The notes under the pieces were generated by a model. It had not been told where the DNA came from, did no database searches, and saw only the letters and a list, made by a program, of their open reading frames with translations. From the NCBI GenBank assembly GCA_951406725.2, contig OX597838.1:34224001-34288000 (forward strand): 64,000 bases of DNA. The letters are read 5' to 3'. How positions within the stretch are numbered: position 1 is the stretch's first letter; each line of letters starts with the position of its first letter. Source of the DNA: Octopus vulgaris (taxonomy: Eukaryota). This document shows positions 12,926 to 26,509 of the stretch, in pieces. The position numbers and the translations under genes are program-made.

Positions 12926-14273
12926 CATTTCATCATTATCATCATCATTTAATGTCTGCTTTCCATGCTAGCATGGGTTGGACGATTTTGACTGAGGACT
13001 GGCGAACCAGATGGCTGCACCAGGTTCCAATCTTGATTTGGCAGAGTTTCTACAGCTGGATGCCCTTCCTACTCCGAGAGTATGCCAACCACTCCGAGAG
13101 TGTAGTGGGTGCTTTTTACATGCCACCGGCATGGGGGCCAGTCAAGCGGTACTGGCAATTCGACCTCGCTCAAATCTTGAGCCATCAGTACAGGTGCCAG
13201 TAAGGCGACGTTGGTAACGATCATGCTTGAATGGTGCCCTTTTACGTGCCACTGGCACGGAAGCCAGTTGGCTGCTCTGGCAATGATCACGCTCAGATGG
13301 TGCTCTTGGCACCCCACTAGCGTGGGCACAAGTGCCAGTAAGGCGGTGCTGGTAACGATCACACTTGAATGGTGCCTTTATATACCTCAATTGTTTATAG
13401 CCACATTTGTTGCAAAAAGAGAAGAGTAGAAGTCACCCCAATCTCCCAGAAGGCCTGCTGATCTGGTCCCCTTGTAAACCAGTCGTTTCTTGAATGATCT
13501 CTTTGTGTCGCACATTGAAGAAATAGTGAAAGGCCATAATTGATGCTAACTCATTGGTTATGATGCTTTTTACCAATCACTTCTTCTGGATTGCTGATTA
13601 GCCACCCCTTCCAATCTATTTCTTTTTATCACTTGTTTTTTGCTAAAAGTTTTTGATTCCGATCTAACTGCCTTTCAAAATCCCTGCAATGGATTTTTTA
13701 ATGGGTTGGACGATTTTGACTGAGGACTGGCGAACCAGATGGCTACACCAGGCTCCAATCTTGATTTGGCAGAGTTTCTACAGCTTGATGCCCTTCCTAA
13801 TGCCAACCACTCCGAGAAGAGTTCTGTAGACATTTGGCAGTGTCTTCATTAGTAATCTATCTTTGGGAATTTTGAGGATAAATTCATTTATACTGATAAC
13901 AGCAAAAAGGGTGGTGAGCTGGCAGAATCATGCTGGATAAACTAGTTTAATGGCAGTTCACCCCTTTTGTGTTCTGGGTTCAAATTCCACTAAGGTTGAC
14001 TGTCTTTTATCCTTTCAGGGTTGATAAAATAAAAACAAGTTGAGCATTGGGGTCACTTAAATCAAGTAGCTCCCTCCCAGAAAATTTCACACTTTGTGCC
14101 TGTAACAGGAAAGAAACAAAATAATACAACTGTGGATTCGACAGAGTTTGCTTTCTTGAGAATTTGGTTGCTTTGGCTGTACCTCTTGATGTTCTAACTC
14201 TTTTCTCTTTTACTTGTTTCAGTCATTTGACTGTGGCCATGCTGGAGCACCACCTTTTAGAGAGGAGAAGCGT

Positions 14274-14575
14274 CATCCAACAAAAGTACAAATATATGGG
14301 AAACTACCACCTGTGTCATCTCTTGTGAAAGGTAGAAGAGTCCAGTTTGCTGGACATTGTTGTAGAGCTGAAAAAGAGGTAATTTCTACTCTTCTCCTCT
14401 GGAAGCCATCTACTTGCTATACCAGAGGGCACACACTCTCCTATCCTAATGTAATCTCCAGGGATACAGGCATCCAGCAACAGGACCTCCGTAATGCTAT
14501 GATGGACCGTGAAGTCTGGCGTACCATTGTAAATTCCATTGTCTCGACCACGGTCGAACAATGATGATGATGATG
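14274..14575 (+). mobile_element. RTE-clade LINE 3' end
   Basis: LPPVSSLVKGRRVQFAGHCCRAEKE...AMMDREVWRTIV* (RRLx[FW]xGH and DRxxWR motifs) followed by an (ATG)n tail. Confidence 0.8.
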
Positions 14576-14661
14576 CTCTCCCAAAATATCCCAGTGAATT
14601 ATTTGATACTTAGTTCAGGTCCATTTTTGTGAATGATATTTTATTTATACATCTGAAGAAC

Positions 14662-14825
14662 TGGCGTAGGAGTGGCTGTGTGGTAAGTAGCTTGCTTACC
14701 AACCACATGGTCCCGGGTTCAGTCCCACTGCGTGGCACCTCGGGCAAGTGTCTTCTACTATAGCCTCGGGCTGACCAAAGCCCTGTGAGTGGATTTGGTA
14801 GACGGAAACTGAAAGAAGCCCGTCG

Positions 14826-14858
<33 letters not shown>

Positions 14859-15090
14859 TGTATATATGTATGTATGTGTGTGTGTATATGTTTGTGTGTT
14901 TGTGTTTGTCCCCCTAGCATTGCTTGACAACCAATGCTGGTGTATTTACGTCCCCGTAACTTAGCGGTTCGGCAAAAGAGACCGATAGAATAAGTACTAG
15001 GCTTACAAAAAATAAGTCCTGGGATCAATTTGCTCGACTAAAGGCGGTGCTCCAGCATGGCCACAGTCAAATGACTGAAACAAGTAAAAG
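14662..15090 (+). mobile_element. SINE family A copy
   Basis: Collinear with 428-851. Confidence 0.88.
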
Positions 15091-15941
15091 AGAAAAGAGT
15101 ATCTCCCAGTAAAGTACCACTATCCCTCTCCTCACATAACACTGAACCATATTAAACCCCAAACATTTCTCCATCTTGCTAGGGGCAGATTGTCCACTTT
15201 TTTTTATATATTGATGAATTAAAGTTCCTTTTCTAATCCTTTTATTTTTCTCTCCTGGTGGCAAGGCCAGAAAATTGGACCCAAAACACATTTCAAACAT
15301 TTCTCCACCTTGCTGAGGACACACAAGCCAGATTTTGTCATTGTGGCGAAAGAGTACAACAGGGGTTGCCACCACCAGTTATCTGACAGTAACTAAGTAG
15401 ATGTCCTAGATATGCCAGAGCCTCGTGGAGCTTTAGATGTTTTCGCTCAATAAACACACACAACGCCCGATCTGGGAATCGAAACCGTGATCCTCCTACC
15501 GTGAGTCTGCTGCCCTAACCACTGGCCATTGTGCCTCCACTTGCACCTATACATATTTTATTTGCTTCAGTCTTTAGACTATGGCCATGCTGGGGCACCA
15601 CTTTGAAGAACTTTTAGTCAAAAGAATTGACCCCAGGACTTGTTTTCTTTTAAAGCCTGGTATTTATTCTATTGTTCTCTTTTTGCCAAACCACTAGGTT
15701 ACAGGAATTTAAACAAACCAACACCAGTTATCAAGTGGTGGTGGGGGACAAACAGACACATACACATATATATATACAATGGACTTCTTTCAGTTTCTGT
15801 CTACCAAATCCACTCACAAGGCTTTGGTCGGCCCAAGGCTATAGTAGAAGACATTTGCCCAAAGTGCCACGTAGGGGGATTAAACCCGGAACCATGTGGT
15901 TGGTAAGCAAGCTACTTACCACACAGCCATACTTGCACCTA

Positions 15942-16264
15942 TTTTTTTTTTTTATGCACCCTTTTCAAGCCTAGCCAGGCTCATGGGCCCGGTTTCCTGG
16001 TTTCTGTGGCGTATGCACCCCCCCCCCCCCAGCTGGACGGGACGCCAGTCCATCGCAGCGTTACTCAAGAAACAAGAAGAAAGAGTGAGAGAAAGTTTTG
16101 GGGTGAAAGAGTACAACAGGGGTCGCCACCACCCCCTGCCAGAGCCTCGTGGAGCTTTAGGTGTTTTCGCTCAATTAACACACACAACGTCCGGTCTGGG
16201 AATCGAAACTGCGATCCTCCTACCATGAGTCTGCTGCCCTAACCACTGGGCCATTGTGCCTCCA
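15942..16264 (-). mobile_element. SINE family D, tail type c (V-domain-like), with TSD
   Basis: Family D head with body gcgatggactggcgtcccgtccagc and a poly(A) tail; acttgcaccta on both sides (15931-15941, 16265-16275). Confidence 0.82.
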
Positions 16265-17686
16265 CTTGCACCTATACATATTGATAAATTAAGATTCTTA
16301 TGATTCTTTTTATTCTCTCCCGGTGGCATAGCAGGAAAACTGGATTTTACCAATCAGGCTGTGCCTATTTCCTCCACTGAAATCACAGCCACAAATATAC
16401 TTTACTTACTGTTGCTGGGGATCTTTTATGAAGGAGCTTGTCCTAGTTGTGTTGCTATTAGGGTGTGGTCATTGGTGGTAATGGTGGTGGTTTCAGAAGC
16501 CACAACGAACACAGCAGTGACAGTATTGATAGTGATGGTAAGGTGGTGAGCTGGTAGAATTGTTAGCACGCCAGGCAAAATGCTTAGCTGTATTTTGCCT
16601 GCCTTTACGTTCATCATCATTTAACGTCCGCTTTCCATGCTAGCATGGGTTGGACGATTTGACTGAGGTCTGGCGAACCAGCCGCCAATCTGATCTGGCA
16701 GAGTTTCTACAGCTGGATGCCCTTCCTAACGCCAACCACTCTGAGAGTGTAGTGGGTTCTTTTACGTGCCACCTGCACCAGTTTGGTGATACTGGCAACG
16801 GCCACGTCCAAATGGTGCTTTTTATGTGCAACCTGCACAGAAGCCAGTCCAGCAGCACTGGCAATGTCCTAGCTCAAATGTTTCACGTGCCACCAGCAAA
16901 AGTGCTAGTAAGGCGATGCGGTAAGGTTCTGTGTTCAAATTCTGCCAAGGTCAACTTTGCCTTTCATTCTTTCGGGGTTGATTAAATAAGTACCAGTTAT
17001 GCACTGGGGTCAATGTAATCGACTCAATCCCTTTGTCTGTCCTTGTTTGTGCCCCCTATGTTTAGCCCCACTGTGGGCAATAAAGAAATAAATTTTGATA
17101 GTGCTGGTAAGTCAGCAAGCTGGCAGAAACCTTAGCATGCTGGGTGAAATGGTTGGCAATATTTTGTCTGTTTTTATGTTCTGAGTTCAAGTTCCACGGC
17201 CCCCTACCCAAAAACTTCGGGCCTTGTGCCTAGAGTAGAAAAGAATATCGATAGTGATGGTAGGTGACAAGCTTGCAAAATCATTAGCATGCAGGACAAA
17301 ATGCTGAACAGCATTTCATCTGCCTTCGTGTTCTGAGTTCAAATTCCACCGAGGTCGACTTTGCCTTTCATCCTTTTGGGATAAGTACCAGTTGGGACTA
17401 GGATTGATGTGTGTGCGTGGGGATGGAGATGGGGGTGGTTATGAAAGGATAATTCGACATTCACAGAATTTGAACTCAGAATGTAAAGACAGATGAAATG
17501 TCTCAAAGCATTTTTGCCCAGCATGCTAACGATTCCGCCACCTTGGCATCTCAAAGAGCAAAATACATAAAGAATAAAAACTAGAAAGTCGAATTAGTTT
17601 GTGTAATTCTTCTGGAAGAAACTGTAATTCGAAACAGCAGCTAGACAAAGAGTATTTTAGTAGCTTGATAAATGATAATAATCATA

Positions 17687-17729
<43 letters not shown>

Positions 17730-18239
17730 GTCATACATCATATTGTGGAAAAAAAGTAGGAAGGGGTTAACATGGAGGTATATTTTTTACTGGGATAAAC
17801 AAAATATATAAGCAGAGACATGGAAAGAGAAAAAGTCAAAAGTACAACATCGTGCATTAACCCTTTCTGTAGCGTTTTGCCTGAGACCACATCTGGTTCT
17901 TTAATACAAAACACTCCATCGTTATTTTAGATAAGGATCTTAAGTAAATACATCAAACTATGTTGGAAATATTACATTAATAATGAAAAAAGTTTTTTTT
18001 ATTTATGCGTCTTTTCCCACCCCACACTCACCTCTTCGAATTGTTGACTCTTTTCAAAATTAATTGAAATAAGTTTGATAGGCAGTGCATTTTCTTAGAA
18101 ATATGGTCCACAAAAGGGTGAATTTACAATTCTGGATTTATGATGAGAGGATTTAAAAGTTGCAGGACGACTGCACAATTTCTACAAGACAAATTAGAAA
18201 TACACGATATATCTTAAAGAATAAAAGAAAAAATATTTC

Positions 18240-18670
18240 TATTAACGTCCGGAAAATTCATTAGCATTATTCATAATATGTAAAACAAACACATTTAAGG
18301 AATAATGTTTGAATTAAGCAATATATGAACCCTTTTCTCCAACAATCTTCCTCCACTGTTTTTGGCAACCTTAATTTATTTTCTGATTAGAATTTCTGTG
18401 TAGCTTCCTGCAGAAAAAGAAATCGTCCACATAGTTTTTGATATCATCGTTTGATGATACGATAAAGAAAATTTTGCAGTGAATGGAATAAATGTAAGTC
18501 TGAAGGTGTAACATCCGATGCTTATGGAAGATGAGACAGTATTTCCCATCAAAAAATTTGGTCAATTTTGTCGAACGGTAAAATAACTATCGATGTCTAA
18601 CGTGAGGTAAAACATCTTTTATCTTTTCTGCTTGTTAATGTTGGACATCTCTGTTGGGCCTCTGAGTTCA
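18240..18670 (-). mobile_element. Degenerate mariner transposase 3' fragment
   Basis: Minus-strand translation WEILSHLP*ASDVTPSDLHLFHSLQNFL matches the mariner WEVLPHPPYSPDLAPSDYHLFRSLQN motif; it ends ...RKIVGEKGSYIA*. Confidence 0.8.
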
Positions 18671-20204
18671 GTTGATCCAACTATTTGTGAGCAGTATATA
18701 TATTATATGTTGAACAGAATATACATACACACATATGCACACACAAAAAAAAATTATTGGTATCATTTTTTTTTTTTTTTTTTTGGTTAAAAGCTTGTAA
18801 TATAGTAAACCATTCCAATTCCATTAGATATACATCATCACATTTTAGGGTAATAAGACCTGTTCTAGGAATGGTTAGACTTGCTGTCCCTTGTTTAATC
18901 CAAAATCTTTCCCTTACACTTTTGAAATTCATGATCCCTTTATTATCATCTTTTACAATTTCCTTTAAAATAGCTGAGATCTCAAAGCATTAGATATTCA
19001 TTCCATTAAATTCTTTTCTCATCAGATCAAATGGAACCCAAAAATTGTAGTGGCCTATTGTACCCCTATTTCTTCAACTGCTGAAAAACACTTATTGACA
19101 AACCCCAAATTATAACCATCTCTCTAACAGTATAATGTGGGTTTTCATTGCTAGCAGGCATCATTCTGTTGTCATCAACAGTTGATGGCCACCTAGAATT
19201 GTCTTCCGCTTGGCATCTGAAATGTCCCAAACTGTATAGCACATCTACAAAAAGCTTTCATTTAACAGAGGTACTCCATATACAGCACATATTTCTCAGG
19301 TTGGGTGGGCAGTACCTTTTTTTTCTTCCTTAATAATAGAGCATAATATGATGAAAGTTCATCTGAATTTTGGCTTTTCCAGATAAACGCAAATTGCTAA
19401 AAATTAATCATTTCAGACTAGAGATGACAAATCTTGCAATTATACACTACTGTTTGATTAATTAAAATGTTATGCCTTAAATATGTCTGTTTTACATATG
19501 AAAAATCTGAATGAATTTTCCAGACTTCACAATATGAGTCAGTTAGTCATACTGTATTCTTGCCAGCAGTCAGATACAACTGAAGAATGCAGTAGATTCA
19601 CTCTACTAGCAGAAAACTCAAGGTTTTGGATAGGGTTCAAATAAAAAAAACCATAGAATTATACATACACACACATATATCTATGTGCATGTATACGTAT
19701 GTATGTATGTATGAATGTATGTACATATCTGTATGTGTGTGTGTATTGCCAATAGAATGGGCCAAAATGGAGGAAGTTGCCTCTAATTTAAAAAAAAAAG
19801 TTAAATATAAAAAAAAAAAAAAAACTTTCATAAAAAGCTCACCGGAAAGTTTCAATATTGCCAAAATACTTAAGTTATAGAATTATGTTTAATTAAATTA
19901 ATTTATAAAATATTAAATGATAAATATAGACTTTGATTTAGGGAAAAAAATTCACAGTGAAAAAAAAAAGGAAAATATGAATCATCATATTTTTTTATGA
20001 GTTATATATTACTGGTATGATTTACATATGAGAATGCATTTGTATTATTAAAATAACTATACTGTGAACATGAGATATAAGTTCAATTAATTCTGATTTT
20101 TACTGAGACAAACTATAATTTTATTTTTAGAGGAATCAAGATGGCTTTCAAATAGAAAATATAAAAATTAGGTCACTTTAATAATTACTGATTTTAACAT
20201 AGTT

Positions 20205-20457
20205 TCCTTTGTGCCCTTTTAAAGCCTAGCCAGGCTCATGGGCCTGGTTTCCCAGTTTCTATGGTGTATGTGTTCCCCAGTTGGGTGGGACGCCAGTCCA
20301 TCGCAGCGTTACTCATTTTTGCCAGCTGAGTGAACTGGAGCAACGTGAAATGAAGTGTTTTGCTCAAGAACACAACGTGTCGCCCGGTCCAGGAATCGAA
20401 ACCACAATCTAACGATCATGATGCTGACACCCTAACCACTAAGCCACGCGCCTCCAC
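20205..20457 (-). mobile_element. SINE family E (related head, different middle, tail type c)
   Basis: Head ggaggcgcgtggcttagtggttagggtgtc, middle ttgtgttcttgagcaaaacacttcatttcacgttgctcc, same tail as 15942-16264. Related head at about 62800-62915. Confidence 0.75.
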
Positions 20458-20677
20458 TAACATAGTCACAGGAGCTCAAATTTAGAGGGAAGCTTAAGAT
20501 TACCTCCAGTTTGAGACTGATTACATTGGGTAGCAAATGTTACTTCCTATTTGCTTACGCCTTAGAAAGTATGAAAAATGGCAAATATTTTTAACAGGCT
20601 TTGCTTTTCTTACATTTATTTAAACTCCAAAGAATCCCTTCAACACATGGCTATGAGGTTCCCCCAGTACTCCTGCT

Positions 20678-21030
20678 TATAATAATAATAATAATAATAT
20701 AATAATGAAATTATTGTATACAGTGCTCAGGTGCACCACAATTTGTCAGAAAGTGCATATAAAGTATATGCAGTAATGTACAGATGTCTGGAAAGCGAAC
20801 AGTGTATGAGTCAGATACATGCCTGCGTGTGTATGGAGGGGGGAAAATCAGGTATAGTGTTGGTGAATCTCAGGAAGCATGGAAGTTTTGAAGGATGCAG
20901 TGCTCCGACAACTAACAACTGATGCTGGCAGTTTGTTCCATGCTTCAGCAACTCTTAGCATGAAAAAATGTTTCCAAAAGTCATGGGAGCTGTGCTGTTT
21001 TCTGACTTTGTAAACATGTCCACAGGTGTT
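20678..21030 (-). mobile_element. CR1-clade LINE 3' end inserted into another repeat
   Basis: TCGHVYKVRKQHSSHDFWKHFFMLRVAEAWNKLPASVVSCRSTASFK resembles CR1 TRGH...FFSxRVVxxWNxLP; (ATT)n tail on its sense strand. Confidence 0.8.
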
Positions 21031-22274
21031 ATGATCAGGGATACACATATTATCAGCCACAAAGGGACATGCTCATGTGGTTAAGGTGAAGCAACTGATA
21101 AGCAAATCTGTCAGTATTGAGCAGAATATTTGCTATAACGATATTTCTGCTTCAGCAACTCAGCAGTGAACCTGTCTGGAATGTAATGGAAAATAGGTCA
21201 GCTTCAAAACATTGAAATCCAGGTCAGAAAAGCAAAATTTGAAGGGAATAATAGTCATTTCTTTTGATTTCTAGATAGAAGCAAATTTGAAATAAAACTT
21301 ACTGACCAGAGACAAAAAATAAAAATGAAAAAATTTTAATTTTGTTACACAGTATAATTAATATTACAGACTATGAGAAAATGAAAGAAAATGTTGACCC
21401 AGAAAGGATACAAAAGGGAGTGTTATAGAATTGATTAAGATCACCTCCAGTTTATTACTGGTATTTAATTTCATTGACCATGGAAAGATGAGAGGAAAAA
21501 TTAACACCAAAGGGATTCAAAAGGCATAATTAATTATCGCAAAGTTATTTCATTCAACACATCCAATCACCTACCACATCACACCTAATAATTCTTTCTG
21601 CTGTAGCCGCAAGGCCTGAAATTTGGAGGGAGGGGACCGGTCGATAATATTGACCCCAGTGCTCAACTGGTGCGTATTTATTTTATTGACTTTGAAAGGA
21701 TGAAAGGCAACAAAGTCAACCTCAGTCGAAGCAAAGACAATGTCAAAGTCAGAACGTAAAGCCGGAAGAAATACCACCAGGCACTTTGTCCAGCCTTCCA
21801 GTGTTTCTTATTTCTTTATTGCTCACAAGGGGCTAAACATAGAGGGGACAAACAAGGACAGACAAAGGGATTAAGTCGATTACATTGACCCCCAGTGCGC
21901 AACTGGTACTTAATTTATCGACACTGAAAGGATGAAAGGCAAAGTCGACCTCGGCAGAATTTGAACTCAGAACGTAGCGGAAGACAAAATACCGCTATGT
22001 ATTTCGCCCGGTGTGCTAATGTTTCTACCAGCTCACCGACTTGTGTGTTCTAGTGTTTCTGCCAGCTCACTTATATAACATTTAAAAATGAGAGAGAAAG
22101 AGGAGCGAGAGAGAGAGAGAAAGAGGAGAGGGAGAGAGAGAAAGAAGGGAATTAAAGTTAAGTTACAGGGACCTAAACACACCTTGATAAAGTTACGCTA
22201 AGTTACGGGGACCTAAACACACCAGCATCGGTTGTCAAGCGATGTTGGGGAGACAAACACAGACACACAAACAT

Positions 22275-22307
<33 letters not shown>

Positions 22308-22501
22308 CATAAATATGATGGGCTTCTTTCAGTTTCCGTCTACCAAATCCAGTTACAAGGCTTTGGTTGGTCCGAAGGCTATAGTAGAAGACACTTGCCC
22401 AAGGTGCCACGCAGTGGGATTGAATCCCGAACCATGTGGTTGGTGAGCAAGTTACTTACCACACAGCCACTCCTGCGACTATTAATAATAATAATAATAG
22501 C

Positions 22502-22538
<37 letters not shown>

Positions 22539-23002
22539 GAAATTACTGTTGGAGGAGATAATCCTTTCAAAATCAAATTTAGTTTGAGTTTTAGATCAAA
22601 GAATAAGAATCAGAACAAGTGACTTTGTATTTTCTGAATTCCTTTACTTTTTAAAATTCAGACTCACAGTTCAGCCTTAATTTAATCTAGAAGGGGTTGT
22701 CTTCCCCTATGATAGCTGACCACTAGGGGTACATATGCATAATTTATCATAATTAAGCATAATTATTTAAAGTTTTTTCTGCAGTCATTTCATGAGTTTT
22801 TATTGCACCAGGTGGCCCACCTCCATGTTCCTCAGGTGGAATGTGTCATTGTGTTTTTACTTTTGTGGGGATTGGGTAAATGCAATCTCTTCCTGTTGGT
22901 TACGGGACTTAGTCCCTTGTTTTCTTTTGATCCCATTAGCGTAATACGTTCTGGCATGCATGGTGTACATAATGTGACTTTTGTTATTTCATTGGGCCTT
23001 AA

Positions 23003-23206
23003 CCCTTTAGCCTTTAAACCGGCCATATCCGGCCAAAAGTATTCTGCTTGTTTTATGTTCAAACTGGCCAGATCTGGTCTCTCAGACTAACCCTACAATA
23101 TCATTTTAAAAATTAACACTACCTCATCAAGATAATGCATGATTGGTACAAAACAATGTGGATAAAAAAGCATTAGTTTTGGCAGAATAATGTGAACACT
23201 AAAGGG
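23003..23206. mobile_element. piggyBac-like MITE family P1 (intact copy)
   Basis: TTAA|cccttta...taaaggg|TTAA. Related copies at about 25620-26208, 32250-32856, 33810-34036, 36082-36800 and 51278-51742, several of them interrupted. Confidence 0.75.
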
Positions 23207-23474
23207 TTAATCTTGAATAGTATACACTGCAGGAGTTGTGTTGTTTGAGGTTATTGGGTGCTTGTTGTAGAGGATGTATGTTATGCATAGAGATTGTTCT
23301 GTTAGAGCTATTCTATCAAATTCTAAGTTTTTCTACTGAACTGATAGTATCTTGCACAAAATACTGGCTGTTCCTAGCAGAGATACTTTTTAGGAAGTGT
23401 GTAGTGTTGTGAGCCCTGCTATGGATTCTATGTTTTTCATATTTTATTACTATTGTTATTATTATTATTATTAT

Positions 23475-23778
23475 TATTGAGTGAGAGAGCAGTGCATGCA
23501 ATCAAAGTGACACTGGGGTAAAATATACGAAGCCCAGTATACCCATCATGACTACCTGTCTGATAAGGGTACATCAGGCACATGCATCACAACCATATGT
23601 GCGCGACATGGTGATCTCATATCAAGATAAACAGCGCATGACCTTGCAGGTGGGGCCCAGTTAGAATTTTCTTCTGGTCGAGTAACCCATCCTGCTCAAA
23701 AGGTCCCTGAGTAAGGGTTGTTTAAGGATGTTGAACGAAACACCCATGTTTCCAAAGGTGAATTATTCAAACCCCAAA
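23475..23778. mobile_element. Interspersed repeat fragment embedded in (TTA)n
   Basis: About 300-bp non-simple block flanked on both sides by (TTA)n. Its end (ttattcaaaccccaaa) resembles the start of the host sequence around the CR1 at about 20615-20630. Confidence 0.45.
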
Positions 23779-23799
23779 TTATTATTATTATTATTATTA

Positions 23800-25060
23800 T
23801 TAAAGTGGTGAGCTGGCAGAATCATTAGCGTGCCGGACAAAATGCTTAGCAGCATTTCATCCATTGCTATGTTCTGAGTTCAAATTCCACCTAGGTCGAC
23901 TTTACCTTTCATCCTTCAAGGGTTAATAAAATAAGTACCAGGTGGTGAGCTGGCAGAAACGTTAGCACACCGAGCGAAATGCTTAGCAGTATTTCGTCAG
24001 CCGTTACGTTCTGAGTTCAAATTCTGCCAAGGTCGACTTTGCCTTTCATCCTTTCGGGGTCGATAAATTAAGTACCAGTTACGCAGTGGGGTCAATGTAA
24101 TTGACTTAATCCGTTTGTCTGTTCTTGTTTATCCTCTCTGTGTTTAGCCCCTTGTGGGTAGTAAAGAAATAGGTATTTCATCTGCCGTTACGTTCTGAGT
24201 TCAAATTCCACCAAAGTCGACTTTGCCTTTCGTCCTTTCGGAGTCGACAAATTAAGTACCAGTTATGCACTGGGGATCGATGTAATTGACTTAATGTCCT
24301 TGTTTGTCCCCTCTATGTTTAGCCCCTAGTGGGCAATAAAGAAATAAAAATAAGTACCAGTCATCTCCCAAAATTTCAGGACTTGTACCTATAGCAGAAA
24401 GGATTATTATTATTATTATGATTATTAAGATTGTGAGCTGGCAGAGTGGTTAACTTGCCAGACAAAATGTGTATCACCATTTTGTCTGTCTTTACATTCT
24501 GGGTTTAAATGCTGGTAAGGTCGACATTGCCCCATCCTTTTGAGATCAATAAAATAAATAAGTAGCATCCAAGTATAGGGGTCAACATAACCAACTGACT
24601 CCTCTCCTCAAAATCTGCGGGCTCTGTGACAAAATTTGAAACCATTATTATTAGTAGTAGAATTATTATTATTATGGCAGTGAGTTGGAAGAATTGTAAG
24701 CACACCAGACAAAATGCTTAGCGGCATTTTTCTCTCTTATTGTCTGAGTTCAAATTCTGCCGAGGTCGATTTTGCCTTTTATCTTTTTTTTGGTGGGGCG
24801 GCAATAAAATAAGTACCAGTGAAACACTGGGGTCGATGTAATTGACTAGTCCCCTCTTCAAAATTTCAGGCTTTGTACCTTTAGTAGGAAGGATTATTAA
24901 TATTATTATCATTATTATCAACAAGGCTGTGAGCTGGCAGAATCTTTAGCATGTCGGACGAAATGCTCATAAGCATTTATCTGTCTATGTGCCAAGTTCA
25001 AATAACTCCAAGGTCATCCTTTCAGAGTCAATGAAATAAATACCAATCAATGTAATCAAC
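23800..25060 (+). mobile_element. Head-to-tail and nested cluster of about 6 family B SINEs separated by (ATT)n
   Basis: Repeated gtgagctggcaga heads near 23808, 23945, 24433, 24680 and 24929; tails end agaaaggattatt. Confidence 0.8.
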
Positions 25061-25097
25061 TATGTATATGTATGTGTGTGTTATATATTCCAAATTT

Positions 25098-25146
<49 letters not shown>

Positions 25147-25725
25147 TATAGTCCAACTCATGCCAGCATGGAAAACAGATGAAAAAGAATGATGATGATG
25201 ATGATGATGATATACACACATAAATATAGGCACACTCAAACACATATATATTCATATATGAATATATTTGTATATATGTTTATATATATATACAAACAGG
25301 GTAAAGAATACTCAATATTTATAGCAGAATTTATTTAGTTGTTTCAAGTTGAAGATCCCCATCCTTGGCTATTTGTGCCGAGTTTCATAATTTTGTGCAC
25401 CCTTTCAGGTAACAGAAACAAAATTTCTTTTTCTTTTTTTCTGTTGACTGAAAAAGATAATGGACAGAACACAAGAAACTCATGGTAGTGACAGTGTGAA
25501 GCATCAGCTTCAGACAAACATATTCTTTTCTTTTTAGTTTTCATTCATTCAGTGGGACTGAACCCAGAACCATGTGGTTGGTAAGCAAGCTACTTACCAC
25601 ACAGCCACTCCTGCGCCTATATTGTTTATTTTTAAGATGATATTCTAGGATAGGTGTGAGACCAGATTCTGGTCAGTTTAAATATAAAATAGGTAGAATA
25701 TTTAAGCCAGATATGGCTGGATTAA

Positions 25726-26193
25726 TCCTTTTGATACCAACCCAGCTGAAACCGCTTCTGGCTCTGAGTACAAATGTCTTGTTTTCAAAAGTTCTGATTT
25801 AAAATCTTCCACCAAAACCTTAGTCACAATTTATGTTCTTAACACTAGCTGAATGATAACTAAGTTATTTTACTAAATTCTTTGTTACATTTAAAATTAA
25901 TTGAAAGAAACATAGAGAATCTCAACAGAAATAAAGTAACAAAAGGGTTAAAATATATAATAGAGAAACAATTCTTAACCCTTTCAATACCAACCTGGCT
26001 GAAACTGGCTCTGAGTACAAATGTCTTGTTTTCATAAGTTTTGAATTAAAATCTTCCACCAAACCTTAGTCACAATTTATGTTCCTAACACTAGCTGAAT
26101 GATAACTAAGTTATTTTACTAAATTCTTTGTTACATTTAAAATTAATTGAAAGAAACATAGAGAATCTCAACAGAAATATGGTAATAAAAGGG
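25726..26193. mobile_element. Two tandem piggyBac-like MITEs of family P2 (about 220 bp each) nested in a P1 copy
   Basis: Near-identical units 25726-25947 and 25979-26193 with TTAA-like flanks and ccttt...aaaggg ends; a diverged relative lies at about 17860-18120. Confidence 0.75.
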
Positions 26194-26509
26194 TTATATG
26201 CCAAAGGGTTCAAGTCAACTAGATGGTCTTTGTCACTCTTATTTCTTTATTGCCCACAAGGGGCTAAACATAGAGGGGACAAACAAATAATTAAGTCTAT
26301 TACATCGACCCCCAGTGAGTAACTGGTACTTAATTTATCAACCTTGAAAGGATGAAAGGCAAAGTTGACCTCGGCAGAACCTGAACTCAGAACACAAACA
26401 CAGGCGAAAAACCGCTAAGCATTTCGCCCGGCATGCTAACGTTTCTGTCAGCTGGCCACCCTCACTTTGCCACTCTTTGTCACGTCTGGCAGACAAATAT
26501 GATGGCGTA

